40,382 nt of DNA from an uncultured Woeseiaceae bacterium (GTDB taxonomy: Bacteria > Pseudomonadota > Gammaproteobacteria > Steroidobacterales > Woeseiaceae). The translations under genes and the position numbers were made by a program. Position 1 is the first letter of the stretch. Every line of letters starts with the position of its first letter. Below are positions 34,358-40,382 of the stretch, piece after piece. Where the stretch lies: positions 1-40,382 of the forward strand of contig CAMYIS010000105.1 of assembly GCA_947258485.1 (NCBI GenBank), given 5' to 3'. The notes beneath the pieces were generated by a model. That model did not search any database. It was not told where the DNA came from and worked only from the letters and a program-made list of their open reading frames with translations.

Positions 34358-37135
34358 ACAAGACCCGACAAAGACGGCCTGCCGGCGACGGTCAAAGCAG
34401 GAACCAGCATCCTGCGCGCAGCTCGTGAGTCGGGCGTCGACATTCCCAAGCTTTGCGCGACTGACAGCGTGAAACCTTTCGGCTCCTGCCGCCTCTGCCT
34501 CGTCGAGATTGAGGGCCGCAAAGGCTACCCGGCCTCGTGCACGACGCCTGCCGAGAACGGCATGAAGATTCGCACGCAAACGGACGCACTGGCGAAGATG
34601 CGTCGCAACGTCATGGAACTGTATATTTCCGACCACCCGCTGGACTGCCTGACGTGTTCGGCAAACGGCGACTGTGAGCTGCAGGACATGGCCGGCGCCG
34701 TCGGCCTGCGCGACGTGCGCTACGGCTTCGACGGTGAAAATCACCTCGATGCGACCGTCGATGCCAGCAACCCCTACTTTCAGTTTGATGCCAGCAAGTG
34801 CATCGTGTGCTCCCGCTGTGTGCGCGCCTGTGACGAAGTCCAGGGTACGTTCGCGCTGACGATCGAAGGCCGCGGATTCAAGTCGAAAGTGTCGGCCGGC
34901 ATGAGCGAAAGTTTTCTCGATTCCGAATGTGTGTCATGTGGCGCCTGTGTGCAGGCTTGTCCGACGGCGACACTCATGGAAAAGAGCATCGTCGATCATG
35001 GGATGCCCGATCACAAGGTCGTCACGACCTGCGCCTACTGCGGCGTCGGCTGCTCTTTCCAGGTCGAGATGAAGGGCGACCAGGTCGTTCGCATGACGCC
35101 CTACAAGGATGGCCAGGCCAATCACGGCCACAGTTGCGTCAAAGGCCGCTTCGCCTGGGGTTACGCGTCGCATCGCGATCGCGTCATGCACCCGCTGATC
35201 CGCGACAACACGAGTGATGCGTGGCGCGAAGTCAGTTGGGAAGAGGCAATCCCATACGCCGCGCGGCGCTTCAAGGACATTCAGAAAGAGCACGGGCAAA
35301 AGTCCATCGGCGGAATCACATCGTCACGCTGCACGAACGAAGAAGTATTTGTCGTACAAAAACTCGTTCGCGCGGCGTTCGGCAATAACAACGTCGATAC
35401 CTGTGCACGTGTCTGCCACTCACCGACTGGCTACGGGCTCAGAACGACGCTCGGCACCTCGGCAGGTACGCAGCCGTTCGACAGCGTCATGGACGCCGAT
35501 GTCATTATTGTCATTGGCGCCAACCCTACCGTGGCTCATCCCGTTTTCGCCTCACAAATGAAACGGCGACTGCGGCAGGGCGCGAAACTTATCGTCGTCG
35601 ATCCACGTGAGATTGGGCTCGTTCGCTCGCCGCATATCGAAGCGAGCTATCACCTGCCGTTGCTACCTGGTACCAACGTGCCCGTCATCAATGCTCTCGC
35701 ACACGTCATCGTTGAAGAGGGGCTGGCCGACGAGGAGTACGTCCGTGAGCGGTGCGACATCGACTCGTACGAGTCTTGGAAGGCGATGATCCTCAAGCCC
35801 GAGAATTCGCCCGAAGAGGTAGCGAAAAGCTCGGGCGTGAGCGCAGAGACTATTCGTGCCGCGGCTCGCCTGTATGGCAGCGCCGAAAACGGGGCTATTT
35901 ACTACGGCCTGGGCGTTACCGAGCACAGCCAGGGTTCGACCATGGTCATGGGTATGGCGAATCTCGCGATGGCCACGGGCAATCTCGGTCGCTCCGGCGT
36001 CGGCGTAAACCCGCTGCGCGGCCAGAACAACGTGCAAGGTTCGTGCGATATGGGCTCATTCCCTCACGAACTCGCGGGCTACAGGCCCGTCGCGGACGAC
36101 GAGGTCCGCGGCCAGTTCGAAAAGCACTGGGGCGTCACGATTGACCCGGAACCGGGTTTCCGCATTCCGAACATGTTCGACGCCGCGTGCGCCGGTCAAT
36201 TCAAAGGAATGTATATCCAGGGTGAGGATCTCGCCCAGTCGGATCCGAACACGCATCACGTCGAAGCTGCGCTGACCAGCATGGAGTGCATCGTCGTTCA
36301 GGACCTGTTCCTGAACGAAACCGCGAAGTTCGCGCACGTGTTCCTGCCCGGCACATCGTTTCTCGAGAAAGACGGTACGTTTATCAACGCCGAGCGCCGC
36401 ATTAATCGCGTTCGTCCGGTTATGGAGCCGCAACAAGGTAAAGACGAGTGGCTGATCACGCAGGAACTCGCACAGGCAATGGGCTATCCGATGCACTACG
36501 ACAATGCGGCACAGATCATGGATGAGATTGCTGAACTCACGCCGACATTCACAAATGTCAGTTTCCGATTCCTCGATGAAGTCGGCAGCGTGCAATGGCC
36601 CTGCAATGACGAGGCGCCGATGGGCACTCCAATCATGCACATCGACCATTTCGTGCGTGGCAAAGGCCTGTTTGTAGAGACCGACTACGTGCCCACCGAG
36701 GAGCGCACCAATCGCAAGTTCCCGTTACTGCTTACGACCGGGCGAATCCTGTCGCAATACAATGTCGGCGCCCAGACCCGGCGCACGGCAAACAACGTTT
36801 GGTACGGCGAGGACCTGCTTGAGATACATCCGAGTGACGCCGAGGTGCGTGGTATCGAAGACGGTAAACTGGTCGCACTCGCGAGCCGCAAAGGCGACAT
36901 CACCTTGCGCGCCAGAATAACGACGCGCGTTAAACCTGGTGTTGTGTACACCACGTTCCACAATCCGGAAACCGGCGCCAATGTGGTCACTACGGAGTAC
37001 AGTGACTGGGCAACCAATTGTCCAGAGTACAAGGTCACGGCGGTCCAGATTGCGCCGGCATCACATCGCTCGGGCTGGCAGGAAGAATTCGCTGCCCGCG
37101 CGCGGCAGCAGGGAAAGATTGTCGAGACGAACTGA
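34354..37135 (+). CDS. fdsA: NAD-dependent formate dehydrogenase alpha subunit (Mo-bisPGD, Cys-type) with a frame disruption in the first ~10 codons
   Basis: Track ORF 34469..37135 starts at an internal GTG. The same frame is homologous upstream to 34358 (DKDGLPATVKAGTSILRAARESGVDIPKLCATDSVKPFGSCRLCLVEIEG, including the first 2Fe-2S Cys). In that frame the sequence runs straight into the fdsB TGA. The expected coupled ATG (34354, ATGA overlap) is in another frame and stops after 24 codons. Further motifs are CIVCSRCVRAC, CVSCGACVQACP, CAYCGVGC and the Mo-ligand region CARVCHSPTG. Confidence 0.8.
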
Positions 37136-39065
37136 TATCATCAGCAGCGGGCGCCATTCGCTCGCACAGAAAAAGAACAAGGGGAAGACTCTGAACCGCC
37201 TAACGACCGCAAGCTTCGCGGGCATCCTAGCGTGCCTGCCACTCCTCTTTCTGGTTTCCCCGGTATTTGCCGCGGACGTCACCATTGACGCCCCCAAAGT
37301 ACTGCTGACCAACGTCGGTTTCGACGTCAGGATCGATGGGCTCGCGTCGGGTAGCCGCATCGACCTGTTGCTCAACGGCAAGACGATCGCAATGGGCACA
37401 GGAACAGGCCTTGCCGCCACCGGCATCAAGGTCGCGGAGACCGGCACCACCCGACTCGAAGTGCTGCGAAACGGCAAAACGGTCCTGGAAAAAGAGATTC
37501 CCGTAATCCCGGCGGCTGTATCAATATTGCCGCCGCTCGTCGCGATCTTGCTGGCCTTCATGCTGCGTTCGGTGATCCCCGCCCTGTTTGTCGGCCTTGT
37601 GGTCGGAGCATGGGCCATCAATGGCATGACCTGGTCCGGCGCCTTCCGTGGCTTTTTTGAAACCGGCACGATCTACATCCTCGAAACGGCGGTCAAGCCG
37701 GATCACATGGCCATCATGATCTTCACTTTCCTGATCGGAGGGATGGTGGGCGTGATCTCGCGCAACGGCGGCATGGTCGGCATTGTTGATCGCATCATGC
37801 CGTTCGCCAGCACCCCGCGCCGCGGGCAAGGCGTGGTCGCAACGCTCGGTTTGGCGATTTTCTTCGACGACTACGCCAATACAATGATCGTCGGCAACGC
37901 AACGCGTCCGATGAGCGACAAGCTGCATATCTCACGCGAAAAACTAGCCTACCTCGTCGATTCGACAGCCGCGCCAGTCTCGACGATCGCCGTCATTACG
38001 ACCTGGATCGGCTTCCAGGTCGGCCTGATCGGTTCTGCCATCGAGGGGCTCGACGGCATCGATCAAACGCCCTATTTGTTGTTCCTGAATTCCATCCCCT
38101 ACAGTTTTTACCCGTTCCTTGCGATTTTCTTTGTCTTCCTCATTGTCTACTCGGGCAAGGATTTTGGCCCGATGTACAAGGCCGAGACCCGTGCGCGCCA
38201 CAGCGGCGAAGTGCTGCGCAAGTCGTCGACGAAGAGCACCGACAAATCGGGCGACGAGTTCTATCACAAGGACATCATTCCGTGTCGGGCGATCAACGCC
38301 GTGCTGCCGATCGTGACCATGGTCTCGACCGTGATTATCGGCCTGTTCGTCAGCGGTGAAGGCGAAACGCTCACCGACATTATCGGCACTGCGAACGCGT
38401 ACTCGGTATTGATTTGGGCATCGCTGCTGGGCAGCTTCATGGCTGCCCTGTTATCGCTGGGTCAACGCTTGCTGACGCTGGATGAAACCATCGACGCATG
38501 GCTGGCCGGCGCCCGCTTCATGATGACCGGCCTCGTATTGCTGATCCTGGCGTGGGCAATCGCGGACGTTGCGGCCGTCCTGCAGACTGCGCCCTATCTC
38601 ATCACCGTATTGGGGGATTCGGTGTCCCCATACACCCTGCCAGCCGTTATATTCCTGCTCGCAGGCGCCACAGCATTTGCTTCCGGTTCCAGCTGGGGCG
38701 TTATGGCTATTCTCATGCCCCTGGTTATCCCCCTCTGCTGGGCGGTCTTGCAAGCTAACGGAATCGCAGATGCAGATCACATGCACATTCTGTACTCGTG
38801 CATCGCCTGCGTTCTAACGGGTGCCGTCTGGGCCGATCATTGCTCGCCGATTTCCGACACCACGGTGCTGTCATCGATAGCTACGGGTTGCGATCATATG
38901 GATCACGTACGTACACAGTTGCCCTACGCGTTCCTGGGCGGCGTCGCTGCCCTTCTTATTGGTGTTCTTCCGGCCGGGTTCGGACTGCCATGGTTCCTGC
39001 TGCTGCCGACTGCCGCGATAGTCCTGGTTGTTGTGCATCGGCTCCTTGCAAAACCTGTCGACTGA
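37119..39065 (+). CDS. NhaC-family Na+/H+ antiporter with an N-terminal signal peptide and an extra extracytoplasmic domain
   Basis: Track ORF 36939..39065 overlaps fdsA. No ATG or GTG lies between the fdsA stop and the signal peptide (LNRLTTASFAGILACLPLLFLVSPVFA). Candidate starts are the TTG at 37119 (after AGGGA) or the CTG at 37191 (after AAGGGGA-N5). The NhaC core reads LGLAIFFDDYANTMIVGNATRPMSDKLHISREKLAYLVDSTAAPV. Confidence 0.75.
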   Translation: MSRRTDIISSGRHSLAQKKNKGKTLNRLTTASFAGILACLPLLFLVSPVFAADVTIDAPKVLLTNVGFDVRIDGLASGSRIDLLLNGKTIAMGTGTGLAATGIKVAETGTTRLEVLRNGKTVLEKEIPVIPAAVSILPPLVAILLAFMLRSVIPALFVGLVVGAWAINGMTWSGAFRGFFETGTIYILETAVKPDHMAIMIFTFLIGGMVGVISRNGGMVGIVDRIMPFASTPRRGQGVVATLGLAIFFDDYANTMIVGNATRPMSDKLHISREKLAYLVDSTAAPVSTIAVITTWIGFQVGLIGSAIEGLDGIDQTPYLLFLNSIPYSFYPFLAIFFVFLIVYSGKDFGPMYKAETRARHSGEVLRKSSTKSTDKSGDEFYHKDIIPCRAINAVLPIVTMVSTVIIGLFVSGEGETLTDIIGTANAYSVLIWASLLGSFMAALLSLGQRLLTLDETIDAWLAGARFMMTGLVLLILAWAIADVAAVLQTAPYLITVLGDSVSPYTLPAVIFLLAGATAFASGSSWGVMAILMPLVIPLCWAVLQANGIADADHMHILYSCIACVLTGAVWADHCSPISDTTVLSSIATGCDHMDHVRTQLPYAFLGGVAALLIGVLPAGFGLPWFLLLPTAAIVLVVVHRLLAKPVD

Positions 39066-39142
39066 CCGCTGCTCTTCTTTACACAATTCATGCTTAATCC
39101 CTGCTATTGTTGGGCATGCAACATTGTTTTTAAAGGGGAGGC

Positions 39143-39757
39143 ATGACCGTGAGCAAAGAACTGAGCGAACTTGAAAAAAATCTGCAGCAGACCAAGAAAC
39201 AATTCCTGGTTACGGCGAAGAGCGCCACGAAAGAACTGGATAGGCGGCGTAAGGCTTTACGCAAGGAAATTACTCGCGCCAACGCGCGCGCCAAGCGAGC
39301 ACGGGCTCAACTCCAGAAGAAGAGCGAACGGCTGGCAAACACCACTGCAAACAAAGCAAAACGGGAATTGAGAAAACAAATCCGCAAGCTGGAAAAAGCA
39401 GTCGACGGGGCGCGGAGTGACGCAGCTCAGCTGCGCAAAGATCTGGCGCCCGTGATGGATGACCTCGCGAAAGCCCGTGATCACCTGTCGCACGCGCTGC
39501 ATATCGACCGGGCGATGGAAAAGATCCGCCGGCAGCTGGGTGGTAAACCCAAAGCGAAAAGGAAGGCCAAGAAGAAAAAGGTGACAAAAAAGAAAGCCAC
39601 CAAGAAAAAAGCCAAAAAGAAAAAGGTAACGAAGAAGAAAGCGGCCAGAAAAAAGGCGCCAGCTCGTCGCAAGACCGCGAGGAAAAAAGCCCCGGCCCGT
39701 AAGAAAGCAGCTCGGAAAAAAGCCCCGGCTCGCAAGAAAACGGCTCGAAGAGCTTAA
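39143..39757 (+). CDS. AlgP/histone-H1-like lysine-rich protein with a coiled-coil N-terminus and KK(A/V)(P/T)-type repeats
   Basis: 204-aa ORF with a strong SD (AAAGGGGAGG). The C-terminal third reads KPKAKRKAKKKKVTKKKATKKKAKKKKVTKKKAARKKAPARRKTARKKAPARKKAARKKAPARKKTARRA. Confidence 0.75.
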   Translation: MTVSKELSELEKNLQQTKKQFLVTAKSATKELDRRRKALRKEITRANARAKRARAQLQKKSERLANTTANKAKRELRKQIRKLEKAVDGARSDAAQLRKDLAPVMDDLAKARDHLSHALHIDRAMEKIRRQLGGKPKAKRKAKKKKVTKKKATKKKAKKKKVTKKKAARKKAPARRKTARKKAPARKKAARKKAPARKKTARRA

Positions 39758-39801
39758 GGAGTAGCTTGGCGCAAGAGACGCCAAGAGGCTTCCACCGAAA
39801 C

Positions 39802-39836
39802 CAAGGGCACGTGGCCAGGTAAGCCACGTGCCCTTG
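39802..39836. terminator. 14-bp perfect hairpin between convergent genes, a probable bidirectional terminator
   Basis: The sequence is caagggcacgtggc-caggtaa-gccacgtgcccttg. It lies 45 nt after the algP-like stop and 112 nt after the methyltransferase stop. The U-tract is weak on both strands. Confidence 0.55.
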
Positions 39837-39947
39837 AGACTAAGAAACCTCTAGAGTTTCATCGCTCCTCTCGCCGAAAGGCGACAGCGAAGCAATCCTT
39901 CCGGGCGCGCTAAAAAACGGTCGTTAATAGTCCCGGGCGAACAACAT

Positions 39948-40382
39948 TTATTGTTCCTTCATAGCCGTGACGAGAAAAACCTTGATTACGAGGTCGCCAA
40001 ACAGCGCCTTACCGATTCGCCATGTAAGTCGTTTTTTGGGCCTCACCGGACCTATCTGGATGTCTGTGTAACCCGATCGAACAAACATGTCATGGACATC
40101 CTTGCGAGCGAAAAAACGTAGGTGAGTTCGATCCAAGACACCGGAATCCCTGTATTCGAACCTTTTTTTGAAGGTCAGGCCGAGCAAGAATGAAAGGTTG
40201 CGTATGTTTGGGATACTGCATACGAAGGTACCGCCGGGCACCAGGCAAGCGTTCAGTTTCTCGCACACCGTCCACGGATCCACCAGGTGTTCCAGAATGT
40301 CGCCCGCGATGACGTAGTTGAAATGCTCGCTCGGAAGTTCAGCAATGACTTCTTCGAGGTCGCCTTCAAATACTTTGTCAAA
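39948..40382 (-). CDS. Class I SAM-dependent methyltransferase; the 5' end lies outside the window
   Basis: Track ORF 39948..40283 continues in frame to the window edge. Manual translation of 40382 downward gives FDKVFEGDLEEVIAELPSEHFNYVIAGDILEHLVDPWTV..LVPGGTFVCSIPN, the post-II/III motifs of Methyltransf_11/12-type enzymes. The span is exactly 145 codons. Confidence 0.7.
   Translation of the reverse strand, partial: FDKVFEGDLEEVIAELPSEHFNYVIAGDILEHLVDPWTVCEKLNACLVPGGTFVCSIPNIRNLSFLLGLTFKKRFEYRDSGVLDRTHLRFFARKDVHDMFVRSGYTDIQIGPVRPKKRLTWRIGKALFGDLVIKVFLVTAMKEQ

Noticed and set aside
39540-39750. Purine-rich periodic DNA repeat as a CRISPR-like or non-coding tandem array
   Set aside because: The repeats are short, imperfect and contiguous without spacers. 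They translate in frame into the KKAPARKK-type tail of the AlgP-like protein.

Overview
GC-rich chromosomal segment with about 40 tightly packed genes. The gene content looks gammaproteobacterial, but taxonomy cannot be verified from the sequence alone. I saw no rRNA, tRNA, CRISPR array, transposase or integrase. Positions 1-12046 form one long minus-strand run: a DsbA-like gene cut by the window edge, a degraded MGMT/Atl-like gene, two tandem membrane GTPases, an exported DUF885/DUF1501/DUF1800 trio, a Spy/CpxP-like gene, an anti-sigma and ECF sigma pair, and an orphan contractile-tail sheath homologue. The middle holds envelope and housekeeping genes: a DcyD/ACC-deaminase-like PLP enzyme, an L,D-transpeptidase, an M48 peptidase, sohB, lipA, a frameshifted DUF4398-OmpA gene, an alpha/beta hydrolase, a HAD phosphatase and glyoxalase I. 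At 21.6-28.5 kb lies a complete MoxR/Bat aerotolerance-type operon (moxR, DUF58, DUF4381, batA, batB/C fusion, batD). The right end carries a lipoprotein, a DUF192 gene, an AspC/TyrB aminotransferase, HiPIP, an NAD-type formate dehydrogenase operon (fdhD-fdsGBA), an NhaC-family antiporter, an AlgP/histone-H1-like lysine-repeat protein and a partial methyltransferase. The main second-look items are these. (1) The sheath gene is intact but has no tube, baseplate or phage partners anywhere in the window, and it sits between a perfect 26-bp hairpin and an N-terminally truncated neighbour. (2) Two long perfect palindromes lie at 10427-10487 and 21538-21585. (3) Four conserved genes (MGMT-like, ompA-like, fdhD, fdsA) carry out-of-frame lesions that the ORF track hides. 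(4) Several co-directional modules are uncharacterised (the GTPase pair and the ECF-linked DUF1800/DUF1501/DUF885 set). All family calls come from motif recognition by eye. No database search was run.
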